Assembly (NCBI GenBank): GCA_963708025.1
Contig: CAVPSB010000031.1
Span: 256,001-320,000 of the forward strand
Reading direction: 5' to 3'
Source: an uncultured Candidatus Rokubacteria bacterium
GTDB taxonomy: Bacteria; Methylomirabilota; Methylomirabilia; Rokubacteriales; DASRDR01
Length of the DNA stretch: 64,000 nt
Shown: positions 1 through 9,525 of the stretch, piece by piece
Numbering within the stretch: the first letter of the stretch is position 1
How the letters are laid out: every line of letters starts with the position of its first letter
Program-made: the position numbers and the translations under genes
Notes under the pieces: model-generated
The model's input: only the letters and a program-made list of their open reading frames with translations
What the model was told of the DNA's origin: nothing
Databases searched by the model: none

Positions 1-1
1 G

Positions 2-265
2 ATCAACAAGGTCGCCGAGGGCTGGCGGCCCAACATCGTGGACCTGATGAAGCAGGGGGAGATCGGCCTGGTGATCAACACGCCCGAGGACGGGCGCGCC
101 CGGCGCGACTCGTACCTGATCCGGCGCACCGCCGTCATGCAGAACATCCCGTACTACACGACGATCGAGGGGGCCCAGGCGGCGCTGGAGGCGATCGAGG
201 CCCAGCGGACCGGGACGCTCGAGGTGAAGCCGCTGCAGGCGTACCACCAGGCGCTCATCCGATGA
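2..265 (+). CDS. carB: Carbamoyl-phosphate synthase large subunit, C-terminal MGS domain (5'-truncated by window edge)
   Basis: INKVAEG.RPNIVD...LVINTP...DSYLIRRTA...IPYYTT is the CarB C-terminus; directly upstream of pyrF. Confidence 0.92.
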   Translation: MNKVAEGWRPNIVDLMKQGEIGLVINTPEDGRARRDSYLIRRTAVMQNIPYYTTIEGAQAALEAIEAQRTGTLEVKPLQAYHQALIR

Positions 266-972
266 ATCCCGGGCCGATCGATCGCCTGTGGGTCGCCCTG
301 GACGTGGCGGGCCTGGCCGAGGCCGAGGCGCTTCTCGACCGCCTCGGCGGCGTCGTGTCGGCCTTCAAGATCGGCTCCCAGCTTTTCACGGCGGCCGGGC
401 CGGCCGCGGTCGAGCTCGTCCGGAAGCGCGGCGGGCGGGTCTTCCTCGATCTCAAGTACCACGATATCCCGGTCATCGCCGCGGGCGCCGTGCGGGAGGC
501 GGCCCGGCTCGGCGTCACGCTGCTGACCGTCCACACCTCGGGCGGGAGCGCCATGCTCCGGGCCGCCGTGGCGGCCGCCGCCGACGCCGGACGGGAGCGC
601 CCCCGCATCCTCGGGGTCACCGTGCTGACCAGCCTCGACCGCGCCACGCTCCAGCGGGAGCTGCAGGTCCCGGTCTCGGTCGAGGGGCAGGCGGTACACC
701 TGGCCGATCTGGCCCGGGAGGCGGGCTGTGACGGGGTGGTCGCGTCGCCCCGGGAGGCGCGCCGCCTCCGGATGACGCTGGGGCCCGGCATGCTGATCGT
801 CACGCCGGGCATCCGCCCGATCGGCGCCGACGCCGGGGATCAGGCGCGGGTAGCGACGCCGCCGGCCGCCCGCCGGGCCGGCGCCGACGCGATCGTCGTC
901 GGCCGCCCCATCACCGGGGCGGCCGATCCGGCGCGGGCAGCCGAGGCGATCCTCCGGGAGCTCGGCGAATGA
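262..972 (+). CDS. pyrF: Orotidine-5'-phosphate decarboxylase
   Basis: [38 protein letters not shown] motifs. Confidence 0.97.
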   Translation: MNPGPIDRLWVALDVAGLAEAEALLDRLGGVVSAFKIGSQLFTAAGPAAVELVRKRGGRVFLDLKYHDIPVIAAGAVREAARLGVTLLTVHTSGGSAMLRAAVAAAADAGRERPRILGVTVLTSLDRATLQRELQVPVSVEGQAVHLADLAREAGCDGVVASPREARRLRMTLGPGMLIVTPGIRPIGADAGDQARVATPPAARRAGADAIVVGRPITGAADPARAAEAILRELGE

Positions 973-1047
973 GACACCCTGTGTCAACCCTCTCGTTCCG
1001 CCGACCTCGTACACCGTGGGGAGGGCGGGGCGCCTCCCCTCCCCCCG

Positions 1048-1108
1048 GCCAAAGGCCGCAGGCCGTCGAACTGGTCGGGGGGGGTCGCCAAAGGCCGCAG
1101 GCCGTCGA
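1048..1108. repeat. 22-bp direct repeat GCCAAAGGCCGCAGGCCGTCGA x2 (REP-like, GGCC-GCA-GGCC mini-hairpin)
   Basis: Identical copies at 1048-1069 and 1087-1108 in the pyrF-pyrE spacer. Confidence 0.75.
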
Positions 1109-1139
1109 CGGGTCGGGGTGGACCCAAGTGAACGGGACG

Positions 1140-1742
1140 ATGGACCAGGCCGCCTTGATCCGCCGGCTCTACGACATCGGGGCGATCCGGTTCGGCGAGT
1201 TCGTTCTGAAGTCCGGCATCACCTCTCCGTTCTACATCGACCTCCGCGTCGTGATCTCGTATCCCCCCGTCCTGGCGGAGATCGGGTCCCGCCTGGCCGC
1301 CGAGGTCGGCCGGTACCGGGCCGACCGGATCGCCGGGATCCCCTATGCCGGGCTGCCCCTGGCCGTGGCGGCCAGCCTGGCCGGCGGCGTCCCCCTCGTG
1401 TACCCCCGCCGCGAGGCCAAGGGCTACGGGACGAAGCGCCAGGTCGAGGGGATCTTCGAGGCCGGCGAGCACGTCGTCGTCATCGACGACATGGTCACCG
1501 ACGGGACCAGCAAGCTCGAGGCGATCGCGCCCCTGGAGGCGGCGGGCCTGATCGTCCGGGACCTGGTGGTGCTGATCGACCGCGAGCAGGGCGGGCGCGA
1601 GCGCCTGGCGGCCCGGGGATACGCGCTCCACCCGCTGGTGACGATCTCGGAGTGCTTCGACGAGCTGGAGCGAGGGGCGCTGGTCGAGCCGGGCGTCGTC
1701 CAGGCGGCCCGCCGGTTCGTGCAGGCCACCCGCTTCGCCTGA
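1140..1742 (+). CDS. pyrE: Orotate phosphoribosyltransferase
   Basis: [28 protein letters not shown] loop [15 protein letters not shown] at 1140 preferred to the ORF-track start 969, which runs through repeats. Confidence 0.95.
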   Translation: MDQAALIRRLYDIGAIRFGEFVLKSGITSPFYIDLRVVISYPPVLAEIGSRLAAEVGRYRADRIAGIPYAGLPLAVAASLAGGVPLVYPRREAKGYGTKRQVEGIFEAGEHVVVIDDMVTDGTSKLEAIAPLEAAGLIVRDLVVLIDREQGGRERLAARGYALHPLVTISECFDELERGALVEPGVVQAARRFVQATRFA

Positions 1743-1751
1743 TCCCTGGCC

Positions 1752-2576
1752 CTACCCCCGCGCCTGGTACTCCGGGCGCCAGCGGAGAAGCCGCGCCTCC
1801 ACCTGCCGGATCCCGACCGCCAGCGCGATCCCGGTAACGGCCAGGACGATCAGCGCGACCATCATGTCGGCGGCGTTCAGCGTGCCGAGCGACGCGATGA
1901 TCAGGTAGCCGATCCCGCCCCCCGACTCGCCGCCGATGAACTCGCCGATCACCACCCCGATCAGCGCGAAGGACACCGAGGGCGTCAGCGAGGCGAAGGT
2001 CCACGCCAGGGCCGATGGCACGACCACCGTCCACATGATCTGCCGCTCGGACGCGCCCAGGAAGCGGGCCGAGTTGATCAGGTCCGGGTCCACTCCGCGG
2101 GCCCCCTGGAAGGTGTTGAAGAACACGATGAAGAAGACGATGAGCCAGGCCAGCACCACCTTGGCGGCCAGCCCGAAGCCGAAGATCATGGTGACCAGCG
2201 GGACGAGCGCGATCCGCGGCAGCGAGTTCACGGCCACGATGTAGGGCTCCAGGATGAGCGCCAGGCGGTCGTTCCGCCCCAGGACGAGCCCGGCCACGAA
2301 TCCCGTGGACACCCCCGCCGCGAAGCCGAGCGCGGTGGACTGGAGCGTCGAGAGCAACAGCTCCCACAGCGGCACCCGCACCGCCGGAGAGTTGAGGTGC
2401 CAGAACCGGCTCCAGATGGCCGAGGGGCGGCTGATGAAGAAGGGGTCGATGAAATAGACGGTGCGAGACACCGACTTGGTGATGGCCGGGTGGGTCAGGC
2501 CTTCCCACAGGCCGAAGAACACCACCAGGATGCTGGCCCGCCAGATCTGGATCCGGGACCGCTCGGTCAGCTTCAC
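1752..2576 (-). CDS. NitT/TauT-family ABC transporter permease
   Basis: Multiple TM segments, SLPRIALVP, EAA-like SARFLGAS, VIGEFIG. Confidence 0.93.
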   Translation of the reverse strand: MKLTERSRIQIWRASILVVFFGLWEGLTHPAITKSVSRTVYFIDPFFISRPSAIWSRFWHLNSPAVRVPLWELLLSTLQSTALGFAAGVSTGFVAGLVLGRNDRLALILEPYIVAVNSLPRIALVPLVTMIFGFGLAAKVVLAWLIVFFIVFFNTFQGARGVDPDLINSARFLGASERQIMWTVVVPSALAWTFASLTPSVSFALIGVVIGEFIGGESGGGIGYLIIASLGTLNAADMMVALIVLAVTGIALAVGIRQVEARLLRWRPEYQARG

Positions 2577-2592
2577 CAGAGCCCCCGACGGA

Positions 2593-3381
2593 TCACGACT
2601 CGGCGTCGGCCCTGGCGAATTCCTCGCCGAGGACGTGCCACAGGCTGCTGAACTCGCGCGCGTACTCCTCCGTCTCGCGGATCCGGATGACGTCGCGCGG
2701 CCGCGGCAGCTTCACCTCGTGGACGAGCTTCACCCGGCCCGGCCGGCTGGTCAGCACGATGACCCGATCGGAGAGCGTGATGGCCTCGGCCAGATCGTGG
2801 GTGACGAAGATCACCGTCTGGCGCTTGGCCACCCAGAGGGAGAGGAGCTGGCCCTGGAGCCGGAGCTTCGTGTGGGTGTCCAGGGCGCCGAAGGGCTCGT
2901 CCATCAGGAGGATCTCGGGCTCCACGACGAGCGTCCGCATGAGGGCCACCCGTTGCCGCATCCCACCCGACAGGGTGGCCGGATAGGCGTCCTCGAAGCC
3001 CTCCAGCCCGACGAGCCGGATCGCCGCCGTCACGCGCCGCTCCCGCTCGGAAGCCGCGATGCCCCGGTACTCGAGGCCGAGGCCGATGTTTCGCCTGACC
3101 GTCCGCCAGGGAAGGACCGTGTCCTTCTGGAAGACGTAGCCGACCTGCGGCGGCACCCCAGAGTACGGGTGGCCGTCGAGGCGGATCTCGCCCGCCGATG
3201 GCGGGATCAGGCCGGCGATCATGTTGAGCACCGTGGACTTGCCGCACCCGGAGGGACCAACCAGGGCGACGAACTCCTTGTCGCGGACGTCGAAGGACAC
3301 CGAGGCAACCGCGGGCACGTCGCGGCCGCCTCCGGTGAACGTCTTGCCGAGGCTCTCGACCTCGACCCGGGACGGGGTCAG
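2593..3381 (-). CDS. NitT/TauT-family ABC transporter ATP-binding protein (probable CTG start at 3381; first canonical start 3318)
   Basis: GPSGCGKST, LSGGMRQR, LLMDEPF, FVTHD; N-terminal VEVESLGKTF lies upstream of GTG 3318. Confidence 0.93.
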   Translation of the reverse strand: MTPSRVEVESLGKTFTGGGRDVPAVASVSFDVRDKEFVALVGPSGCGKSTVLNMIAGLIPPSAGEIRLDGHPYSGVPPQVGYVFQKDTVLPWRTVRRNIGLGLEYRGIAASERERRVTAAIRLVGLEGFEDAYPATLSGGMRQRVALMRTLVVEPEILLMDEPFGALDTHTKLRLQGQLLSLWVAKRQTVIFVTHDLAEAITLSDRVIVLTSRPGRVKLVHEVKLPRPRDVIRIRETEEYAREFSSLWHVLGEEFARADAES

Positions 3382-3383
3382 GC

Positions 3384-4475
3384 TTACCCCTTCTGGTGGG
3401 CCTTGCGGACGAACGACATGTCAGCGACCTGGGCGAAGGGGATCTCCTTGTCGAGGGTTTTCGTCGCCAGGAAGATCTTCAAGGCCTCGTTGTACTCCTT
3501 CTCGTCGACCAGGAAGTCCCAGTCGAAGATGCCCTTGTAGTAGCGGATCGACTTGAGGACCTCCTCGCGGGAGAAGGTGTCCATGTACGGCCTGTAGAGC
3601 AGCTCCAGGATCTCCGTGTCACTCGCCTTCTGGATCCACTTCTGCGCACGGTAGCAGGCGGTCACGTAGCCCTGGACCGCGTCGGGCGCCTTCTCGATAG
3701 TCTCCTTCAGGCAGTAGCCGACGGTGACGGGGAGGGGACCACCGAAGACCTGGTTCCAGGTCTTCTCGTCCAGGATGTTGTAGATCGTCTTCCCGAAGCC
3801 CTGGTCCTCGGCCGCCCACAGCCACTCCGGCACCGCCATGATCCCGTCGAACTTCCCGGCCTTGAGGCCACCCAGCATCGTGGTGGAGGCGCCGCCCCCG
3901 ACCCACTCGACCGCGCCGTTCAGTGGCCGGCCGTCGGGCGACCGGTACTGCTCGAGCACGTAGTTGCCGTAGACGTAGGTGCCGGAGCCGATGGCGGTGG
4001 CGGCGATCACCCACTTGCTGCCGCCCGGCTTCTTCATCGTCCCGAGCTTCTCCACGGTGGTGAGCCCGGCGTCGTACAGCTCCTTCCGGATCACGATATT
4101 CGCGTACGAGCACCGGGTGTCGGTCGCGAACAGGATGACGGCGTCCTTGCCCTTTTCCGAGATCTTCAGCGGGTGATTGGAGTCGCCGAGGGCGAACATC
4201 ACCTGGCCGGCGGCCAGGGCCTGGACCACCTTGGCGCCGCCGCCGGGCACGATGAAGCCCTTGTCCGGGGTAACCCCCTCCTCCTCGAACAGCTTCTTCT
4301 CCCTGGCCACGAGGTGCTGCGCGTAGACGAAGGTCGAGACGCTGTGGGACGCGGTGATGGAGCGGGGGGCCCGGGTCTGCGCGGCGACGGAGCTGGAAAG
4401 GGTCGCTGCCGCGCCGAGCGCGCCCGCGGCGACCAGGAACTCCCGGCGAGTGTGATCACGGGGGAGCGTCGGCAT
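3384..4475 (-). CDS. ABC substrate-binding protein (NMT1/SsuA-like) with Tat signal peptide
   Basis: ATG 4475 with GGAGG SD; TRREFL twin-arginine motif; operon with ATPase and permease. Confidence 0.9.
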   Translation of the reverse strand: MPTLPRDHTRREFLVAAGALGAAATLSSSVAAQTRAPRSITASHSVSTFVYAQHLVAREKKLFEEEGVTPDKGFIVPGGGAKVVQALAAGQVMFALGDSNHPLKISEKGKDAVILFATDTRCSYANIVIRKELYDAGLTTVEKLGTMKKPGGSKWVIAATAIGSGTYVYGNYVLEQYRSPDGRPLNGAVEWVGGGASTTMLGGLKAGKFDGIMAVPEWLWAAEDQGFGKTIYNILDEKTWNQVFGGPLPVTVGYCLKETIEKAPDAVQGYVTACYRAQKWIQKASDTEILELLYRPYMDTFSREEVLKSIRYYKGIFDWDFLVDEKEYNEALKIFLATKTLDKEIPFAQVADMSFVRKAHQKG

Positions 4476-4560
4476 GAATCCTCCTGTGCGAAGCGCGCGG
4501 GCGCAGCGCGATCGCGGGCCGAAGCGCGCCAAACGCGGACAAGCCGGCGAAATCGGGAGG

Positions 4561-4590
4561 ACTATACCCGCCGGGCGGCGGCCCTGTCAA
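4561..4590 (-). promoter_or_regulatory. Sigma70-type promoter for the ABC operon (TTGACA-N18-TATAGT)
   Basis: Minus-strand -35 at 4590-4585 and -10 at 4566-4561. Confidence 0.7.
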
Positions 4591-4657
4591 CGGCCGCCGG
4601 CCGGCGTCCGGGGCGATGGAGCCGGGTAACTTCCTGGAAGGACTCGGGAATCAGGAC

Positions 4658-4983
4658 CAACGCCTCTGAATCAGTGCCGGCGCCCTCAGTTCCACCGGCC
4701 CGGAGCGCGCCGAGGGCGGCGTCTAGCGCAACGCCTCTGAATCAGTGCCGGCGCCCTCAGTTCCACCGGCCCGGAGCGCGCCGAGGGCGGCGTCTCGCGC
4801 AACGCCTCTGAATCAGTGCCGGCGCCCTCAGTTCCACCTGGCCCGGAGCGCGCCGAGGGCGGCGTCTCGCGCAACGCCTCTGAATCAGTGCCGGCGCCCT
4901 CAGTTCCACCTGGCCCGGAGCGCGCCGAGGGCGGCGTCTCGCGCAACGCCGCTGAATCAGTGCCGGCGCCCTCAGTTCCACCG
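4658..4983. repeat. Non-coding tandem repeat, about 4.5 copies of a 71/72-bp unit
   Basis: Units start at 4658, 4729, 4800, 4872 and 4944 (CAACGCCTCTGAATCAGTGCCGGCGCCCTCAGTTCCACC...), nearly identical. Confidence 0.97.
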
Positions 4984-5062
4984 CTGTCGGCTTCCCGCAA
5001 CCCTCTGAGTGTGGCCACGCGGTCGCGGTCTCCGAGGGGGCTTCCGAGACCCTCCGCTGTTC

Positions 5063-5341
5063 CTAGCCGCGGGCGCGGCGACTCTCGGTCACGTGGCTCC
5101 CCAGCCCGAGCCGCTGGTGAAGAAGCTCGACCAGGTCGTCGGGGAGGACCTCCGTGGCGCCCAGGCAGTACTGGCAGATCATCCGGACGTGACCCGTCCA
5201 GAAATCCGACCAGAGGCCGATCTTGTGGAACATCTCGACCGACTTGGTGGGCGGGTCCCACGACAGGAGATAGAGATGGCAGCTCGGACATACGTAGTGG
5301 GTGGGGCGGAACCGCGATGGTTTGGAGGCATCGGGACCCAT
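5063..5341 (-). CDS. Small hypothetical protein (92 aa) with CxxC...CxxC zinc-ribbon signature
   Basis: ATG 5341 with GGAGGG SD; CPSC and CQYC; good promoter upstream. Confidence 0.7.
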   Translation of the reverse strand: MGPDASKPSRFRPTHYVCPSCHLYLLSWDPPTKSVEMFHKIGLWSDFWTGHVRMICQYCLGATEVLPDDLVELLHQRLGLGSHVTESRRARG

Positions 5342-5413
5342 GCTGGACTCCCTCCTGCCCGGGCTATCCTCGACCGGGCGCAGCGCACGCGGGCCACTCA
5401 AACGATCGCAAAG

Positions 5414-5443
5414 AGCGTAGAACTGTCAACGCTTGTCTGTCAA
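5414..5443 (-). promoter_or_regulatory. Sigma70-type promoter (TTGACA-N18-TACGCT) with a second TTGACAG copy 14 bp downstream
   Basis: CTGTCAA at 5423-5429 and 5437-5443; -10 at 5419-5414. Confidence 0.55.
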
Positions 5444-5558
5444 TAATAAACATCGGAGGCGGCCGCGGGCACCCTCCCCGACCGGCTCCGGCCGTGTCTC
5501 GTCCAGGAGTGAGCTCCATCTCCTCGTCATTTCGAGAGTTCCGCCGCTTTCGCGCGCG

Positions 5559-5588
5559 TTGACACCGTCGGGAGGCATCGGCTAGCAT
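5559..5588 (+). promoter_or_regulatory. Sigma70-type promoter of the yicC operon (TTGACA-N18-TAGCAT)
   Basis: -35 at 5559-5564, -10 at 5583-5588, ATG at 5601. Confidence 0.65.
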
Positions 5589-5600
5589 GGGAAAATCGCA

Positions 5601-6485
5601 ATGGGCCTGATTGCCAGCATGACGGGGTACGGCCGCGCGGAGGCGCGAGGCGCGCGGCTGGCGGTCGTCGTCGAGGCCCGCTCGCTCAACCATCGCTTCC
5701 TCGAGATCGGCGTCAAGCTCCCGCGGGCGCTCTCCGGGCACGAGACCGGCCTCCGCCAGCTCGTCCAGGGACGCGTCGCCAGGGGGCGTCTGGACGTGTC
5801 GGTCGTCGTCCGGCGCATCGCCGGAAGCCAGAACGTCGTCCGGACCGATCTCGCGCTCGGCGCGGACTACGTCCGGGCGGCCCGGGCCCTCGCCGACGCG
5901 CTCGGGCTCCCGGGTGACCTCCCCGTTGCGGATCTGCTGCGGCTGCCCGGCGTGGTGGCGGTCGAGGAGGCGGAGGACGAGGAGGGAGAGAGCGCCGTCC
6001 TGCTGAAGGAGGCCGCCGGGCAGGCGCTCGGCGAGCTGGTCCGGATGCGGCAGACCGAGGGCGCGGCGCTCTCGGCCGACCTCGGCGGTCACCTGGGGAC
6101 GCTCGAGGGCTGGGCGGCGGGCCTGGCCGGGGTGCTGCCGGTTGTGCTCCGGCGCATCCAGGAGCGCCTCCGGGCTCGGATCCGCGCGCTGCTCGAGGAG
6201 GCGCCGGCGGATCCGGCCCGGATCGTCCAGGAGGCCGCCATGCTGGCCGCTCGGAGCGATGTCGCCGAGGAGCTGGCCCGGCTCACGTCACATTGCGGCC
6301 AGCTTCGCGCGCTGCTGGTGGGCGGCGGCCCGGTCGGCCGCCAGCTCGACTTCCTACTGCAGGAGATGCATCGCGAGGTGAACACGATCGCCTCGAAGGC
6401 CGATGACCAGGAGATGGTGGCCCGGGTCCTGGAGGCCCGCACCGTCGTCGAACGCCTCCGCGAGCAGGCTCAGAATGTCGAGTGA
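5601..6485 (+). CDS. yicC: YicC/YloC family endoribonuclease
   Basis: SMTGYGR, RSLNHRFLE, GRQLDFLLQEMHREVNTIASK, REQAQNVE; synteny with gmk-rpoZ. Confidence 0.96.
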   Translation: MGLIASMTGYGRAEARGARLAVVVEARSLNHRFLEIGVKLPRALSGHETGLRQLVQGRVARGRLDVSVVVRRIAGSQNVVRTDLALGADYVRAARALADALGLPGDLPVADLLRLPGVVAVEEAEDEEGESAVLLKEAAGQALGELVRMRQTEGAALSADLGGHLGTLEGWAAGLAGVLPVVLRRIQERLRARIRALLEEAPADPARIVQEAAMLAARSDVAEELARLTSHCGQLRALLVGGGPVGRQLDFLLQEMHREVNTIASKADDQEMVARVLEARTVVERLREQAQNVE

Positions 6486-6543
6486 CGGCTGCGTTGCCCC
6501 CGCCGCGAGGAGCCGACCCCCGGCGGCCGGCCCGGGCGCGTAG

Positions 6544-7200
6544 GTGTCTGGCCGGCGCGGCATGCTCATCGTGGTCTCGGCGCCCTCGGGCGCCGGGAAG
6601 ACCTCGCTGTGCCACGAGATTCGGAAGGTGGTCGCCAACCTCGGCTACTCGGTCTCCCACACGACCCGCCCGCCGCGACCCGGGGAGGTCGAGGGGCACG
6701 ACTTCTACTTCGTCGCCGAGCCGGTCTTCCGGGCGATGGCCGAAGGGGGGCAGTTCGCCGAGTGGGCGCGGGTGCACGGCAACCTGTACGGCACCACGGC
6801 GCGCGCCCTGGAGGACGCGATCGAGCGGGGGGAGGACATTCTCCTCGACATCGACACCCAGGGGGCCCGCCAGCTCCGCAGCCGGTACCCACAGGGACTC
6901 TACGTGTTCGTGGTGGCGCCGTCCCTGAAGGATCTGGAGCTGCGCCTGCGTGAGCGGAAGTCCGATGCGCCCCAGGAGATCCAGCGACGGCTGGCGCGGG
7001 CCGTCGAGGAAATCGCGGCGTGGCGGGAGTATGATTACCTCATCGTCAACCGGCACCTGGACGAGGCGGTGCGACAGCTCGCCTGCATCATCGAGGCCGA
7101 GCGCTGTCGCACCTCCCGGCTGGCGCTGATGCTGCCCGACTTGCCGGCAGCCGGCGGAGAGCCGAAGACGGAGTCGACCGATCAAGGAGGCGTGCACTGA
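6544..7200 (+). CDS. gmk: Guanylate kinase
   Basis: SAPSGAGKTS, SVSHTTRPPRPGE, EWARVHGNLYGT, LDIDTQG. Confidence 0.97.
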   Translation: MSGRRGMLIVVSAPSGAGKTSLCHEIRKVVANLGYSVSHTTRPPRPGEVEGHDFYFVAEPVFRAMAEGGQFAEWARVHGNLYGTTARALEDAIERGEDILLDIDTQGARQLRSRYPQGLYVFVVAPSLKDLELRLRERKSDAPQEIQRRLARAVEEIAAWREYDYLIVNRHLDEAVRQLACIIEAERCRTSRLALMLPDLPAAGGEPKTESTDQGGVH

Positions 7201-7433
7201 TGTCGTTCCCCGCTCTCGAAAAGGCTCTGGAGCGAATCTCGAACCGGTACCTGCTCGTGGTGCTGACCGCCAAGCGGGCCCGGCAGCTCAACCGCGGCGC
7301 GAATCCGCAGGTCGAGAGCAAGCGCAAGAAGTGGACGAGCGTGGCCCTGGAAGAGGTGATCGCCGGCAAGGTCCATCCCAAGCGTCCGGAGGACGAGGTG
7401 AAGCCAGAGACGCCGGCTCCGACCGGCGCCTAG
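7200..7433 (+). CDS. rpoZ: RNA polymerase omega subunit
   Basis: NRYLLVVLTAKRARQL, VALEEV; between gmk and coaBC. Confidence 0.94.
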   Translation: MSFPALEKALERISNRYLLVVLTAKRARQLNRGANPQVESKRKKWTSVALEEVIAGKVHPKRPEDEVKPETPAPTGA

Positions 7434-7556
7434 GGCCGGGCCGATACCCTTCGCATCGCGTCGTCCTCGGTCGTCGCCGATCCTCGGCGTACTCGGAGTA
7501 CGCCTGCGGTCGGCGACTCCCTGCGTCCTAGCGCTGCTCGGGTCTCGGCCCGGCCC
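7433..7556. repeat. Long imperfect palindrome (REP/MITE-like hairpin)
   Basis: Arms 7433-7449 and 7540-7556 match 16/17; central GGCGTACTC-G-GAGTACGCC at 7486-7504. Confidence 0.7.
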
Positions 7557-7594
7557 ACCCGGGTTCAGTAGCCAGGCGGTCAGGAGTTCGTAGG

Positions 7595-8824
7595 GTGGCT
7601 GTGTTGACCGGGCGGGAGGTGGTTCTCGGCGTCACCGGGAGCATCGCCGCCTACAAGGCCGCCTACCTGCTGCGCGAGCTGCGCCGCCTGGGCGCCGGCG
7701 TCACCGTCGTGATGACCGCGCACGCCCGGGAGTTCGTGACGCCGCTCACCTTTCGAACGCTCTCCGGCCGGCCGGTCCTCTCGGATCTGTTCGATCCCGG
7801 GGAGCCGGCCGCGGTCGAGCACGTGGCCCTGGCCGAGCGGGCGGAGCTGATCGTGGTCGCCCCCGCCACCGCCAGCGCGCTGGCCCGGGCGGCGCTCGGG
7901 CTCGCCGACGATTTCCTCGGGACCGTGCTCCTGGCCGCCCGGGCGCCGGTGCTGTTCGCGCCGGCCATGGACGGCGAGATGTGGCACCATCCCTCCGTGC
8001 AGGGACACGTGGCCACCCTCCGCGCCCGTGGCGTCACCGTGATGGACCCCGGCCTCGGCGAGCTGGCGTCGGGGCTGTCGGGCGTCGGCCGGTTTCCCGA
8101 GATCGTCGACATCGTGGAGGCCGCGGCCGCGCTCGTCTGGCCCAAACGTGATTTCGAGGGCGATCACGTCCTGGTCACCGCCGGCCCCACGCGGGAGCCG
8201 ATCGATCCGGTCCGTTACATCTCCAACCGCTCCTCGGGCCGCATGGGCTACGCCCTCGCCACGCTGGCCGTCCGGCGCGGCGCCCAGGTGACCCTGGTGA
8301 CGGGCCCGACCGGGCTCGCCGCACCGCCGGGCGTGCGGGTGATCCCGGTCCAGACGGCGGAGGAGATGCGGGAGGCGACGCTGCACGCCCTCGGCGCCGC
8401 CACGGTGGTGATCAAGGCGGCCGCGGTCGCCGACTACCGGCCGGCGGCGCCGGCGAGCGCCAAGATCCGCTCGAGGCAGGACGGGCTCGCCCTCGCTCTC
8501 ACGCCCACCCCGGACATCCTGAAGGAGATCGGCCGTACGAAGGGCCAGCGGTTCGTCGTGGGCTTCGCGGCCGAGACGGGCGACCTGGCCCGGAGCGCCC
8601 GCGCCAAGCTCGAGGCGAAGGGCGTGGATCTCATGGTGGCCAACGACGTGAGCCGGCGGGACATCGGGTTCGACGTCGAGGAGAACCAAGTGGTCATGCT
8701 GGATCGCTGGGGGGGCGTGGTCGAGCTGCCGCGCCGGCCGAAGCTCGAGATCGCCGACGCCATTCTCGACCGCGTCCAGACGTTGCGACGGGCGGCGAGC
8801 ACCGCCCGCGTGACGGTGTCGTGA
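7595..8824 (+). CDS. coaBC: Bifunctional phosphopantothenoylcysteine decarboxylase/ligase
   Basis: GVTGSIAAYKA, APAM...MW, TAGPTREPIDPVRYISNRSSGRMG, VGFAAET. Confidence 0.97.
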   Translation: MAVLTGREVVLGVTGSIAAYKAAYLLRELRRLGAGVTVVMTAHAREFVTPLTFRTLSGRPVLSDLFDPGEPAAVEHVALAERAELIVVAPATASALARAALGLADDFLGTVLLAARAPVLFAPAMDGEMWHHPSVQGHVATLRARGVTVMDPGLGELASGLSGVGRFPEIVDIVEAAAALVWPKRDFEGDHVLVTAGPTREPIDPVRYISNRSSGRMGYALATLAVRRGAQVTLVTGPTGLAAPPGVRVIPVQTAEEMREATLHALGAATVVIKAAAVADYRPAAPASAKIRSRQDGLALALTPTPDILKEIGRTKGQRFVVGFAAETGDLARSARAKLEAKGVDLMVANDVSRRDIGFDVEENQVVMLDRWGGVVELPRRPKLEIADAILDRVQTLRRAASTARVTVS

Positions 8825-9516
8825 GCGAGGCGGCCCGGCTCCTCGCCGAGGCGGCGCGCGGCCTGGCCGATCACCTCCGGTTCCAGCAGGCCCTCGGCCT
8901 GCGGGAGCTCCCCTTGACGCAGGACTACCTGGCCGGGCCCGATGTCGCGCTCCGGCGCGTCCAGAGCGCGATCGCCGGCTGCACCCGCTGCAAGCTCTCC
9001 AAAGGCCGGACCACCATCGTCTTCGGCAGCGGCGCTCCCGGCGCCCGTCTCGTCTTCATCGGGGAGGGGCCCGGCGAGGAGGAGGACCGGCAGGGTCTGC
9101 CCTTCGTCGGCCGGGCGGGGCAGAAGCTCACCGAGATGCTCGCCGCGGTCGGGATCACGCGCGACGAGGTCTACATCTGCAACATCGTGAAGTGCCGGCC
9201 CCCCGGGAACCGGAATCCGGAGTCGGACGAGATCGCGTCCTGTGCCCCATTCCTCGCCGGCCAGCTCGCCGCGATCCGCCCCGGCGTCATCGCGGCGCTG
9301 GGGACGTTCGCCGCCCAGACGCTTCTCAAATCGAAGGAGCCGATCAGCCGCCTGCGCGGTCGACTTCACGAATACGGCGCGGCCGTCGTCGTGCCGACGT
9401 TCCACCCGGCCTTCATCATCCGCAACCCGGGGCTGGAATACCGGAAGCAGGCCTTCGAGGACATGAAGCTGATCCGCCGGGAGTACGACCGGGTCCGCGG
9501 GGTCGCCGCAGGGTGA
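8821..9516 (+). CDS. udg: Uracil-DNA glycosylase, family 4 (Fe-S)
   Basis: CTRCKL, GEGPG, PFVGRAG, NIVKCRPPGNR, FHPA. Confidence 0.94.
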   Translation: MSEAARLLAEAARGLADHLRFQQALGLRELPLTQDYLAGPDVALRRVQSAIAGCTRCKLSKGRTTIVFGSGAPGARLVFIGEGPGEEEDRQGLPFVGRAGQKLTEMLAAVGITRDEVYICNIVKCRPPGNRNPESDEIASCAPFLAGQLAAIRPGVIAALGTFAAQTLLKSKEPISRLRGRLHEYGAAVVVPTFHPAFIIRNPGLEYRKQAFEDMKLIRREYDRVRGVAAG

Positions 9517-9525
9517 AGGACAGGC

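Noticed and set aside
4658-4983. CRISPR array
   Set aside because: The would-be spacers are essentially identical; no cas genes or AT-rich leader
4686-5562. ORFs running through the tandem repeat
   Set aside because: Repeat translations; 71-bp units break the frame; no start signals
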